Origin: an uncultured bacterium
GTDB taxonomy: Bacteria; Eisenbacteria; RBG-16-71-46; CAIMUX01; WJJG01
Assembly (NCBI GenBank): GCA_964612295.1
Contig: CAZTDY010000005.1
Location: forward strand, 70,666 to 134,665
DNA: 64,000 nt
Direction of reading: 5' to 3'
The notes beneath the pieces are model-generated. The model searched no databases. It saw only the letters and a list, made by a program, of their open reading frames with translations, and was not told the origin of the DNA. The translations under genes were made by a program, and so were the position numbers. Below are positions 38,718 through 47,958 of this stretch, piece by piece. How positions within the stretch are numbered: position 1 is the stretch's first letter; every line of letters starts with the position of its first letter.

Positions 38718-39536
38718 ATGAACCGCTTCACGGTATCGCCGCGGCGAATCCGCGGCCGGAAGCTGATCGGCTTGATGCTGCCGATCCTGGCTCTCGTGGC
38801 CGCGTTCTGTGCGGGTCCCTCCCAGGCCGGGGATCTTCCCAGCGCCGAAGAGGTGATCGACAAGTCCATCGAGGCGATGGGCGGCCGCGCGGCTTTTGAA
38901 GCGATCAAGAACCGGGTGACCCAGGGGACCCTGAACATCCCCTCGATGGGCATCACCGGCAAGATCCTGGCCTACTCCGCGCCCCCGAATCTCTCCTACA
39001 CGAGGATGGAGGCCGAGGGATTGGGCGTGGTGGAATCCGGCACCGACGGCGAGATCGTCTGGGAGAAGAGCGCGATGGCGGGCGCCCGGGTCAAGGAAGG
39101 CCCCGAGCGGGCGAGCAGCCTCAGGGATTCGAAGTTCAACAGCGCGCTCGTGTGGAAGGAACTCTACGCGACGGCGGTGTGCGATACGATCGAGATGATC
39201 GAGGAACGCCCCTGCTACCGGATCGTGATGACGCCTCACGAGGGTGAGGGGGCTCCCGAGATGCACTTCTACGATCAAGAGACGCACCTTCTTGCGAAGA
39301 TCACCATGGTCGCCCAGACCGAGATGGGGGATATCCCGATCGAATCCACGATTTCCGACTATCGGGTGGTCGACGGGATCAAGATCGCCCACAAGACCGT
39401 CCAGGTGGTCATGTCGATCCAGCGGATGGAGATGACCCTGGATAGCATCGAACACGGTGCGGAGATTCCGGCCGACCAGTTCAAGGTGCCCGAGGACATC
39501 ATGGCCCTCGCAACCAAGGCCCCAGCCTCGAATTAG
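38718..39536 (+). CDS. Secreted hypothetical protein
   Basis: Start MNRFTVSPRRIRGRKLIGLMLPILALVAAFCAGPSQA at 38718, after an AAGGAGG RBS; the longer ORF from 38592 lacks a signal peptide. No recognised catalytic motifs. Confidence 0.55.
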   Translation: MNRFTVSPRRIRGRKLIGLMLPILALVAAFCAGPSQAGDLPSAEEVIDKSIEAMGGRAAFEAIKNRVTQGTLNIPSMGITGKILAYSAPPNLSYTRMEAEGLGVVESGTDGEIVWEKSAMAGARVKEGPERASSLRDSKFNSALVWKELYATAVCDTIEMIEERPCYRIVMTPHEGEGAPEMHFYDQETHLLAKITMVAQTEMGDIPIESTISDYRVVDGIKIAHKTVQVVMSIQRMEMTLDSIEHGAEIPADQFKVPEDIMALATKAPASN

Positions 39537-39710
39537 CGCCGACGGGGGCGGGAGAGCACTGCCCTCCCGCCCTCCGGTAGCCCCGCCCCAATTCTTGCTT
39601 CCGGCCTTTCTGGGGAGTATCCTCTCCGTTCAATTGTACGTACTGACTTGAGTATCCGTTTTCGACCGGCACGTCCGGCCGAATTCAATTGAGATCAATT
39701 CGAAATCCTC

Positions 39711-41273
39711 ATGGAGGTGACCATGAAAATGGGACCCTACACCCTCGCCCGCACGGGGCTGAGCGGGGTCGTGATCGGCGTCATGACGCTCTTGCTTCTG
39801 GGGAGCGCTGCTTCGCCCTCCCAGGCCGGTTCTCTCAAGGAACTCGAGGACTCGGTCCAGGAGTTCACGCTCGAGAATGGCCTCCGCTTCCTCATTATCG
39901 AGAACCATGACGCGCCCGTATTCTCCTATGCCACCTGCGTCGATGCGGGCGGTGTCTGCGAGAAGGTAGGGACGACCGGCATCGCCCACATGTTCGAACA
40001 CATGGCTTTCAAGGGCACCACGACCGTCGGAACCACGAACTACAAGAAGGAGAAGGCAGTCCACGCCCGGATCGACGAGGCCTGGGACGCGATCCTCGAT
40101 GAACGCGCGAAACGTTTCGAGGCCGACTCCACTCGATTGGCTGCGCTCGACGACGAGTTCAAGGCGGCCATCGAGGAAGCCCGCGAATTCGTCATCCCCA
40201 ACGAGTACAGCAAGGTGATGGAAGAGAACGGCGCCCGGGGACTCAACGCGTTCACCGGTACCGACATCACCTGCTACATCTACAGCCTTCCGTCGAATCG
40301 GCTGGAGCTGTGGGCTCGCATGGAGGGCGATCGCCTGACCAATCCGGTCATGCGCGAGTTCTACAAAGAGCGCGAGGTCGTCCGCAATGAACGGCGCATC
40401 GGCACCGAGTCGACCCCCATGGGCCGCCTCTTCGAGGCCGCTCTGACGACCGGCTTCATGGCCCACCCGTATGGGAACGGCGTGATCGGCCACTCGTCGG
40501 ACATCGAGAGCTTCCACCGGCGCGATGCGTTGAACTTCTTCGAGAAACACTACGTCGCCAAGAACATGACCGTCGTCTTGATCGGTGATGTCTATCCGGA
40601 CGAGGTCAAGAAGCTGGCAAAGAAGTACTTCTCCGGGGTGAGCGATGGCCCCGATCCGCACCCGATCATGACCGTCGAGCCGGCCCACACCGCGGAGCGG
40701 CGCGTGATCATGGAAGAGGACGCCAATCCGGTTGCCATCATCGGCTATCAGGGGCCGGCCAGTTCCGACCCCGACTACGCGGCGATGGAATTGCTCATGG
40801 AGATTCTGGGCGGCGGACGTTCGAGTCGCCTCTACGAGCGGTTGGTCAAGGAGGAGCAGATCGCGACGCAGGCCGGTGCCGGGACTGGCATGCCGGGCGA
40901 GAAATACGAGAACCAGGCCATCGTGTTCTGCATGCTGGCCGCGGATCGCGATCCCTTCGAGGCCGAGGACATGGTGTACGAGGAGATCGATCGCCTGATC
41001 GAAGAAGGCCCCACGGCCGCCGAGGTCGCCAAGGTGAAGGCCGGCTACAAGGCGCGCGTGCTGCGCCAGATGCGTGAGCCCGGCCGGTTGGTGGTCTCCA
41101 TGGCAAGCGCCGATCAGCGCGAGGGCGACTGGCGCTTTCTCTTCCGGCAGCTCGAGCGAGTTGACGAGGTGACCGCCGACAGGATTCAGGAGCTGGCAGC
41201 CGAACGCCTCATCAAGGCGCGCCGGACCGTGGCGATGATCGTGCCCCCGGAGGAAGTGGAAGAGGACTCCTAG
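39711..41273 (+). CDS. M16-family zinc metallopeptidase (pitrilysin/insulinase-like), active subunit
   Basis: Signal peptide and the inverted zinc-binding motif GIAHMFEHMAFKGT (HxxEH). The antisense ORF 39630..41924 is an artefact. Confidence 0.85.
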   Translation: MEVTMKMGPYTLARTGLSGVVIGVMTLLLLGSAASPSQAGSLKELEDSVQEFTLENGLRFLIIENHDAPVFSYATCVDAGGVCEKVGTTGIAHMFEHMAFKGTTTVGTTNYKKEKAVHARIDEAWDAILDERAKRFEADSTRLAALDDEFKAAIEEAREFVIPNEYSKVMEENGARGLNAFTGTDITCYIYSLPSNRLELWARMEGDRLTNPVMREFYKEREVVRNERRIGTESTPMGRLFEAALTTGFMAHPYGNGVIGHSSDIESFHRRDALNFFEKHYVAKNMTVVLIGDVYPDEVKKLAKKYFSGVSDGPDPHPIMTVEPAHTAERRVIMEEDANPVAIIGYQGPASSDPDYAAMELLMEILGGGRSSRLYERLVKEEQIATQAGAGTGMPGEKYENQAIVFCMLAADRDPFEAEDMVYEEIDRLIEEGPTAAEVAKVKAGYKARVLRQMREPGRLVVSMASADQREGDWRFLFRQLERVDEVTADRIQELAAERLIKARRTVAMIVPPEEVEEDS

Positions 41274-41327
41274 CTCTGACGGCGGCAACCGACCTATAGC
41301 ATTCACGCGAGAAAGTGGAGGATAAAG

Positions 41328-43469
41328 ATGAAGGCTCGTATCGCGACGATACTGAAAGCCACGGCGATCCTGGGCGTCACGCTGGCCCTGGCGGGCACGG
41401 CGGTCGCGGGCAAAGGGTTCAAGGACCCGCGCGAGATGGAATTCCCGCCGCTGGGTGAGATCAAGGCCCCGCAGGCCGAGCGGCATGTCCTGGACAACGG
41501 CATGGTTGTCTATCTGATGGAAGATCACGAGTTCCCGCTGGTTGACTTCCGGGCCATGGTCCGGGTCGGTTCGATGTATGAGCCCGAGGCCCTCCGAGGT
41601 CTCGCCGACATCACCGGCACGGTTCTGCGCACGGGCGGGACGGCCGACCTGCCCGGGGACGATCTCGATGTTCATCTCGAGTCGATGGGCGCCTATATCG
41701 AAGCCAACATCGGGGATACCGACGGCTCGGTGGGCGCATCGTTTCTCAGCGAGAATGCCACCGAAGGGCTCCGTCTCATGGCGGACCTCATTCGGAATCC
41801 GGCCTTCCCCGACGAGAAGATCGACCTGGCCAAGGTCGATGCCCGAACCGGAATCGCCTCCCGCAACGACGAGCCGATCCCGATCGCGATGCGCGAGTTT
41901 CGCAAGCTCATGTATGGCGAGCATTCACCTTATGGGTGGCACACGGAGTACGAGACCATCGAGGCGATCACCCGCGATGATCTGGTGGCCTTCCACGGTC
42001 AGTTCTTCCGGCCCGACCAGATGATCTTCGCCGCCTCAGGAGATATCAATCCGGACCAGATGCTGGCGCAGATCAAGGAGGCCTTCGGCGACTGGCCTCG
42101 CGGCACGGCGCCCATCCCGCCCGACCCCTCCATCCCGGACCAGGGACCCCAGGGGGTCTACTATGCCGAGAAAGACGGCGTCACGCAGAGCACGGTTCTG
42201 TTCGGCCTGAGGGGCACCGTGGCGTCCGATCCGGACTACGCAGCTCTCCAGCTGGTCAATCAGATCCTCGGTTCAGGATTCAGTTCACGCCTGGTCAACG
42301 AAATCCGCACCAAGCGGGGCCTGGCCTACGCCGTCGGATCCGGTCCCGGCACCGGACTTCATCACCCGGGAACCTGGGTCTGTTATCTGTTGGTTCAGGG
42401 GGACTCGACCCTGGTGGCGACCGAAGCCATGCGCCTCGAGGTGGAGAGAATCGTCTCCGAACCGATCAGCGAGGATGAGATCCAGGCGGCGAAGGACATT
42501 CTCCTCAACGATCTGGTCTTCGAACTGTCGTCGAAGCGGTCCGTTCTTAGGCGCAAGATGCGCTACGAGTTCTACGACTATCCGCAGGACTTCCTCGAGT
42601 CCTACCAGCGCAACATTCGCGATCTTGACGCGGACGATCTGCTTGCCGCGGCCCAGCGCCACATTCACCCCGAGCAGATGGCGACCTTCGTGGTTGGATT
42701 CCAGGACGACTTCGACGGTCCGCTGGCGGAGCTGGGAGAGGTCACCGAGATCGACATCACGATTCCCGAGCCTGCCTCGACGCTGATCATTCCGGAACCG
42801 ACCATGGATGCGCTGGAGGCAGGGCGCGCCGTCGTTGACGACGCGTACGATGCCCACGGTGGCCCGGCCATGGAACGAGTGGACACGATCAAGGAGTCCG
42901 GCAAGGGTCAGATGTCGGCCATGGGCCAGCAGATGAACTTCACACTCGAAACGCTGCAGGATCTGCCCGATCGGAGCTACGCCAAGATCGTCATTGGCGG
43001 GATGTTCACGATCGAGCGCGTCGGCTTCGAAGGCGGCGGCTGGACCAAGACGCCGCAGGGCGTGATGGATCGCGCGCCGGAGGAAATCGAAGAGGCCCAG
43101 CTCGAGAAGCTGAGGACGCCGATGCTGTTCCTGCCGGGCCGCGACGGTCTGACCTGGCAGTCGCTGGGCCAGCAGGACTTCGAAGGGGTCCTGTGCGACG
43201 TCGTTCACGTCCCGGACTCAGGCATCAAGGAGTGGCTGTGCTATTTCGATGCCTCGACCCACCAGCTCCACGCGATGACCTACCGCAGCCGCGGCCAGAC
43301 GGGGCCGATCACCGTGACGGAGCTGCCCCGTAACTACAAGAAAGTAGAAGGGGTGGCGATGCCGTTCGCGCTCGAAGTGCGTCACGATGGGGAGCCGTTC
43401 CTGTCGCTCGAGAACGACAATGTGGAGATCAACGTGCCGGTGGATGAGGCGCTCTTCCAGAAGCCCTAG
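41328..43469 (+). CDS. M16-family peptidase paralog lacking the HxxEH motif (likely non-catalytic partner)
   Basis: Signal peptide. It has the M16 fold pattern, but the corresponding region reads MVVYLMEDHEFPLVDFRAMVRVGSMYEP without HxxEH. Tandem with the 39711 gene. Confidence 0.75.
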   Translation: MKARIATILKATAILGVTLALAGTAVAGKGFKDPREMEFPPLGEIKAPQAERHVLDNGMVVYLMEDHEFPLVDFRAMVRVGSMYEPEALRGLADITGTVLRTGGTADLPGDDLDVHLESMGAYIEANIGDTDGSVGASFLSENATEGLRLMADLIRNPAFPDEKIDLAKVDARTGIASRNDEPIPIAMREFRKLMYGEHSPYGWHTEYETIEAITRDDLVAFHGQFFRPDQMIFAASGDINPDQMLAQIKEAFGDWPRGTAPIPPDPSIPDQGPQGVYYAEKDGVTQSTVLFGLRGTVASDPDYAALQLVNQILGSGFSSRLVNEIRTKRGLAYAVGSGPGTGLHHPGTWVCYLLVQGDSTLVATEAMRLEVERIVSEPISEDEIQAAKDILLNDLVFELSSKRSVLRRKMRYEFYDYPQDFLESYQRNIRDLDADDLLAAAQRHIHPEQMATFVVGFQDDFDGPLAELGEVTEIDITIPEPASTLIIPEPTMDALEAGRAVVDDAYDAHGGPAMERVDTIKESGKGQMSAMGQQMNFTLETLQDLPDRSYAKIVIGGMFTIERVGFEGGGWTKTPQGVMDRAPEEIEEAQLEKLRTPMLFLPGRDGLTWQSLGQQDFEGVLCDVVHVPDSGIKEWLCYFDASTHQLHAMTYRSRGQTGPITVTELPRNYKKVEGVAMPFALEVRHDGEPFLSLENDNVEINVPVDEALFQKP

Positions 43470-43497
43470 CCCGTGCACGGCCAATTCGACCTTATGA

Positions 43498-43530
43498 GGG
43501 GGCAGGCTGGGCCTGCCCCCTTCGCTGTGT
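43498..43530 (+). terminator. Intrinsic terminator candidate after the M16 peptidase pair
   Basis: Perfect 10-bp GC stem GGGGGCAGGC-tgg-GCCTGCCCCC followed by UUCGCUGUGUG, 29 nt after the stop at 43469. Confidence 0.5.
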
Positions 43531-43578
43531 GCTCGCCCGATCCCCACCCCTCCGACACCCCTCAAATCCAGCTTTCAC

Positions 43579-43608
43579 TTGATAAACCCGGCACTTACAC
43601 GCTATAAT
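43579..43608 (+). promoter_or_regulatory. Strong sigma-70-like promoter (TTGATA-N18-TATAAT)
   Basis: TTGATA at 43579-43584 and a consensus TATAAT at 43603-43608. The next start codon is 43807, implying a ~190-nt leader. Confidence 0.55.
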
Positions 43609-43806
43609 CCGCGTTGTGATGGGGGATTGGACCGATTGGTCAGAGCACCGGTCCGTGTTCGGGTTCGGATGGGCACGTTGTGTGGCCACCAACTTTGCTT
43701 CCGTCCGGAAGGAGCTTCCCGGGCAGGATTTCGATCCAAGTCTTCCCAGCATCAGACCCATAGGCAACTAGGTAACCGGCAACCCTAGGAAGGGGAGGAC
43801 CTGCCA

Positions 43807-45231
43807 ATGCGTGCACGCACTATCATGTCTCTGTTGGCCGTCCTAGCTCTCGCCATTCCGGCAGGAGCGGATGTGCTGATCAACGAGATCGACTGCGACA
43901 CCTCGGGAACCGATACACTCGAGTTCCTCGAGCTGTTCGGCGATCCGAACGCTCCCTTGGATGGAATGGTCCTGGTCCTGTACAACGGATCGGACGATGC
44001 ATCCTACAACGACGCCTTCGACCTCGATGGCTTCACCCTTGATGGAGACGGCTTCTTCCACATCGGTAATGTCGATGTGGTCCCGACGCCGGACATCATC
44101 ATCCCCAGCAACGGTATCCAGAACGGTCCCGATGCGGCTGCTCTGTACTACGGTGACGGCGTGGACTTCCCGAATGACACGCCCCTCACGCTCGACAATC
44201 TGATCGACGCCGTGGTCTATGGCACCAGCGATGGTGACGATCCCGAGCTGCTCGTCCTGCTTCTCGCCGGCCCCCAGGTCGATGAGAACCTGAACGGCAA
44301 CAAGGACTTCGAGTCCATCTTCCGTTGCCCCGACGGTGGCGGCGGCGCTCGCGTGACGACTGAATTCGCGGTTGGCGTCCCGACGCCTGGCGCGACCAAC
44401 GATCCGAGCTGTGGCGGTGGTCCCGAGCCGACCGACTACAACCTCTGCGATCTGCTTGAGCTGGACGCCCTGGGTGTTCCGGTCCTCGTGGGTGAGTATG
44501 TTCACGTCATCGAGCCGCTCCTCGTCCTGCAGGATTACGGCACGATTGCCACCGGCCGCATCGACAACGCTGCGACCGACGGCACCTGCTGCATCTACCT
44601 CTTCGATTACAACCAGGATCTGCCCCTCTACGAGGGTGATGAGCTGGACGTGATCGGCGTGGTGGACTTCTACAACGGCAAGACCGAGATCTCGGCTCTG
44701 GAGATCACGCTCCTCTCGTCGGGCAATCCGCTTCCGACGCCTGAGCTGATCACCACCGAAGAGCTCGCGGTCAACGGTGAGGACTATGAGTCCTGCCTGA
44801 TCCAGATCGACGATCTCGCGATCGTCGGCGGCGACTGGCCGCTCGAGGGCGACAGCGCCAACCTCGATGTTCAGGATGAGACGGCTGTCCCGACGGTCCT
44901 GCGCATCGACAGCGACACCGACATCGACGGCAGCCCCGCTCCCGTCGAGCCGTTCATCTGCACCGGGATCGCCGGCCAGTACGACTACAGCGAGCCTTAC
45001 GATGAGGGCTACCAGATTCTGCCTCGCAAGCTCGAGGATATTGAGGGCTTCGTGCCCCCGCCGACGCAGGCTTGCTGCTTCGACGACGGAAGCTGCCTGG
45101 AGCTGACCGCCGAGGACTGCGAAATTGCTGGTGGAGTCGTTTACGACGACGAATTCTGCGATCCGAACCCTTGCCCGCCCACGCCGGCCGACAATTCGAG
45201 CTGGGGCGAGATCAAGAGCCTGTATCGCTAG
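43807..45231 (+). CDS. Secreted lamin-tail-domain (LTD) protein with Cys-rich C-terminal module
   Basis: Signal peptide MRARTIMSLLAVLALAIPAGA. The LTD hallmark DVLINEIDCDTSG…LEFLELFG… and a second beta-sandwich-like region. The C-terminal 52 aa ACCFDDGSCLELTAEDCEIAGGVVYDDEFCDPNPCPPTPADNSSWGEIKSLYR. Confidence 0.75.
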   Translation: MRARTIMSLLAVLALAIPAGADVLINEIDCDTSGTDTLEFLELFGDPNAPLDGMVLVLYNGSDDASYNDAFDLDGFTLDGDGFFHIGNVDVVPTPDIIIPSNGIQNGPDAAALYYGDGVDFPNDTPLTLDNLIDAVVYGTSDGDDPELLVLLLAGPQVDENLNGNKDFESIFRCPDGGGGARVTTEFAVGVPTPGATNDPSCGGGPEPTDYNLCDLLELDALGVPVLVGEYVHVIEPLLVLQDYGTIATGRIDNAATDGTCCIYLFDYNQDLPLYEGDELDVIGVVDFYNGKTEISALEITLLSSGNPLPTPELITTEELAVNGEDYESCLIQIDDLAIVGGDWPLEGDSANLDVQDETAVPTVLRIDSDTDIDGSPAPVEPFICTGIAGQYDYSEPYDEGYQILPRKLEDIEGFVPPPTQACCFDDGSCLELTAEDCEIAGGVVYDDEFCDPNPCPPTPADNSSWGEIKSLYR

Positions 45232-45307
45232 GACTGGACAAAGGCACCTGCGGGCTGGTGGCGTAAGCTCACTGACCAGAACGTAACGCCTGAGTTTGAA
45301 GAGAGGA

Positions 45308-45342
45308 TGGCCCGCTTCCTTGCGGGCCGCCTCTCTTTTTTT
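45308..45342 (+). terminator. Rho-independent terminator
   Basis: GGCCCGC-ttcctt-GCGGGCC stem-loop followed by CTCTCTTTTTTT, 77 nt after the stop at 45231. Confidence 0.7.
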
Positions 45343-45348
45343 GTAGGC

Positions 45349-45486
45349 GGGGGGAGGGGGAGATCCCAGCAGCTCTCGTCGCTCCGGGCTTCGCAAGGCT
45401 CAGAGTCGCTCCTCGAGCTCTGGGATCTCCCCCTCCATCCACAAAGCAAGCGTGTGCCCTCTGGATCTCCCCCCCATCCTCCCGCC
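45349..45486. repeat. Three copies of a ~17-nt G/C-rich element (GGAGGGGGAGATCCCAG), one forward and two reverse, forming a long inverted repeat
   Basis: 45353-45369 GGAGGGGGAGATCCCAG; 45420-45436 CTGGGATCTCCCCCTCC (perfect reverse complement); 45468-45486 a degenerate third copy, CTGGATCTCCCCCCCATCC. Confidence 0.6.
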
Positions 45487-45549
45487 GACCGCAACCTCCC
45501 GACCTGCTCCCCACGTATCGTCAGATATGCCAGGCGCCACTCGGGCACC

Positions 45550-45579
45550 TTGACCCGGACGCGGGAGCGTGCCTATGCT
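45550..45579 (+). promoter_or_regulatory. Sigma-70-like promoter candidate (TTGACC-N18-TATGCT) for the Yip1-like gene
   Basis: TTGACC at 45550-45555 and TATGCT at 45574-45579, ~55 nt upstream of the 45634 start. Confidence 0.35.
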
Positions 45580-45633
45580 GCGTGGTGACATGGGGCGAAG
45601 CTGTGCCCGTGAGAGACGGGCAGGGAGGTCCTG

Positions 45634-46155
45634 ATGAACTTCACGGATGCGATCAAGAAGGGCTTCGAGCTGGTCAAGCTGAACCGCGAGGCCTACCGGG
45701 AGATCGCCGGCAATCCCGAGGCGTTCACGCCGGCCATCCTCATTGCGGCAGTGGCCGGCCTCGCCAATTGGCTCAGCCCACCGTTCAATCTCCTCGGCTT
45801 CATTCTGTATCCCATCTTCGAAGTGATTGCCCTGGCTTTCGTGACGGCCGTGATCCACTTCGTGGTCATCCTCCTAGGGGGTCGAAGCGACTACATGACC
45901 CTGTTCCGGGTTCTGGGGATTGCCTGGATCATCCGCTGGGCGCAGGTGATCCCGGCGCTCGGCTGGGTGGTCGGCATGGTCTGGGGGCTGGTGATGTCGG
46001 TCGTGGCCGTTGAGGAGCTGGTCGGGTTCGATCGAATGAAGTCGATCGTCACCGTGATCCTTCCCTTTGCCGCCGTCATCGTCTTGGGGCTCATCTTCTC
46101 GGTCATCTTTGGGGTGGCCATGCTGGGCTTCATGGGCTTCTCGGGCATGTGGTAG
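45634..46155 (+). CDS. Yip1-domain integral membrane protein
   Basis: Five predicted TM helices and the conserved Yip1-like N-terminal pattern (…EAFTPAILIAAVAGLANWLS…). Confidence 0.6.
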   Translation: MNFTDAIKKGFELVKLNREAYREIAGNPEAFTPAILIAAVAGLANWLSPPFNLLGFILYPIFEVIALAFVTAVIHFVVILLGGRSDYMTLFRVLGIAWIIRWAQVIPALGWVVGMVWGLVMSVVAVEELVGFDRMKSIVTVILPFAAVIVLGLIFSVIFGVAMLGFMGFSGMW

Positions 46156-46167
46156 GGCAGGCAATCC

Positions 46168-47253
46168 ATGGCGCTCAAGCTGGGAATCATCGGCATGCCC
46201 AACGTGGGCAAGTCCACGCTGCTGAACGCCCTCACGCACGCCCATGCGGAAGCCTCGAACTACCCGTTCTGCACCATCGAGAAGAACGTGGGCGTGGTGA
46301 CCGTCGCCGATCCCAACTTAGAGAAGCTCGCCGGCGTGCTCGAACCGAAGGAGACGATTCCAGCCCACATCGAATTCGTGGATATCGCCGGGCTGGTGCG
46401 CGGGGCCAGCAAGGGGGAGGGCCTGGGGAACAAGTTCCTCGGGCACATCCGGGATGTCGATGCCGTCGCGCACGTGTTGCGCTGCTTCACGGATGAGAAT
46501 GTGGCGCACATCGACGGTCGCGTGGATCCCATCGCCGATTTCGAGATCGTGGAGACCGAGCTTCTGCTGGCGGATCTCGAGGCCCTGGAGCGACTCAAGG
46601 ACCGCACCGAAAAGCAGGGCAAGAGTGATCCGAAGGGGATCAAAGAGGATCTCGACCGCATCGAGAGCCTCATGGAGCGGGTCAAAGAGGGCGTGCCCCT
46701 GCGCCGCCTCGAGCTGGGCGAAGAAGAGCAACACTGGGCACGCGAGTACGGTCTCCTGTCGGCCAAACCGGTCATGACCGTCGCGAACGTGGATGAGGAC
46801 GACCTGACCGGAGGGGGATGGGTCGGCCGCCTTCGGGAGTCGTTGGGATCAGAGGTGGCCGTACTGCCGGTGCCGGTTCGGATCGAGGAAGAACTGGCCG
46901 CACTGTCGCCGGAGGAGCGCCAGACCTTCATCGAGGAGCTGGGACTGGAGGGCAGCGGTCTGGACCGCGTCGTGTCTGAGGGCCGCAAGCTCCTAGGTCT
47001 GATCACCTTCTATACGATCGCCAACGAGAAGCTCCAGGCCTGGTTGATTCCCCAAGGGATGACCGCGCCGCGCGCCGCGGGACGCATCCACACCGACATG
47101 GAGAAAGGCTTCATTCGTTTGGAGGCCATGTCGGTCGCGGACCTGCTCGAGCATGGCGGCCGGGCGGCCCTCCAGAAACTGGGCAAGGTGCGCGTCGAGG
47201 GGCGCGACTACCTCATCCAGGAAGGGGACGTCTGCCAGGTTCTCTTCAACTGA
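46168..47253 (+). CDS. ychF: Ribosome-binding ATPase YchF (Obg-family)
   Basis: GIIGMPNVGKSTLLNALT, NYPFCTIEKNVGVV, DIAGLVRGASKGEGLGNKFL, plus a C-terminal TGS domain. Confidence 0.9.
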   Translation: MALKLGIIGMPNVGKSTLLNALTHAHAEASNYPFCTIEKNVGVVTVADPNLEKLAGVLEPKETIPAHIEFVDIAGLVRGASKGEGLGNKFLGHIRDVDAVAHVLRCFTDENVAHIDGRVDPIADFEIVETELLLADLEALERLKDRTEKQGKSDPKGIKEDLDRIESLMERVKEGVPLRRLELGEEEQHWAREYGLLSAKPVMTVANVDEDDLTGGGWVGRLRESLGSEVAVLPVPVRIEEELAALSPEERQTFIEELGLEGSGLDRVVSEGRKLLGLITFYTIANEKLQAWLIPQGMTAPRAAGRIHTDMEKGFIRLEAMSVADLLEHGGRAALQKLGKVRVEGRDYLIQEGDVCQVLFN

Positions 47254-47337
47254 CCCCGTTGGTGGCCGGTGGACCGTCAGAAAGCCCCGGCTTCTGAAAG
47301 CTCCCCCGCATGTCGATACCTCCATCAGGAGGTCGTC

Positions 47338-47958
47338 ATGCCTGCGGATCGACAACCGCATTCCGCGAAGAATCAGCCGCTCACCCTGGGACTCTTGGTC
47401 CTGGGGATCGCGGAAGTCCCCGCTCCCGAAGACTCCATCGTCTGGTCTCTCCTGGATCAATCCGTCCGGCAGCTGAGTCAGCGGTGCCCCAGGCCGGGAC
47501 TGCTGATCGAGCCATTGAAGCTCCGCTCACTTTCACAGCACGTGGTCGGGCTTGCCGCCCAGTCCCATCGGGTGATCATCCTCGATGGACAGGAGGGGGG
47601 GACGGCCGGGAATCGGTGTTGGGCGCGCCAGCGACTGACCTCGCCCACGGTGCCGGGGGAATCGGCCCGGCTGACGACGGTGGAGCCCCTCATCACCCCG
47701 ACCGGGGAGGAGATCACGGAAGAACCAACCGAGGACGATCCAGGCCTCCCGAGCTGGTTCGCACACGCGATCCCTCCGGGGGGTGTGGACCGGGTCACGT
47801 TGGACCTGCCGGCCCGCGGCGGCCTGGCTTGGGTCCTGCCTCAGATCGGGATCTGGTTCCCGGAGACGGTGCAACGCCTCTCGGACCTCCTGTGGGAGAT
47901 CGGTCAGGAGACCGTGGATCCGGGCGCTTCGGGGCGCGGCCCCGGAGCCGTGGCCTGA
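47338..47958 (+). CDS. Hypothetical protein (weak call)
   Basis: ORF in the gap between ychF and the mscS-like gene. It overlaps the 3' end of the convergent mscS gene by 55 nt, and no family is recognised. Confidence 0.25.
   Translation: MPADRQPHSAKNQPLTLGLLVLGIAEVPAPEDSIVWSLLDQSVRQLSQRCPRPGLLIEPLKLRSLSQHVVGLAAQSHRVIILDGQEGGTAGNRCWARQRLTSPTVPGESARLTTVEPLITPTGEEITEEPTEDDPGLPSWFAHAIPPGGVDRVTLDLPARGGLAWVLPQIGIWFPETVQRLSDLLWEIGQETVDPGASGRGPGAVA

Noticed and set aside
39630-41924. 764-aa ORF on the minus strand
   Set aside because: It is fully antisense to the two M16 peptidase genes, which have clear motifs (HxxEH), signal peptides and RBS spacing. The antisense product is low-complexity (Gly/Arg/Asp/His-rich) with no domain. 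High GC keeps non-coding frames open.
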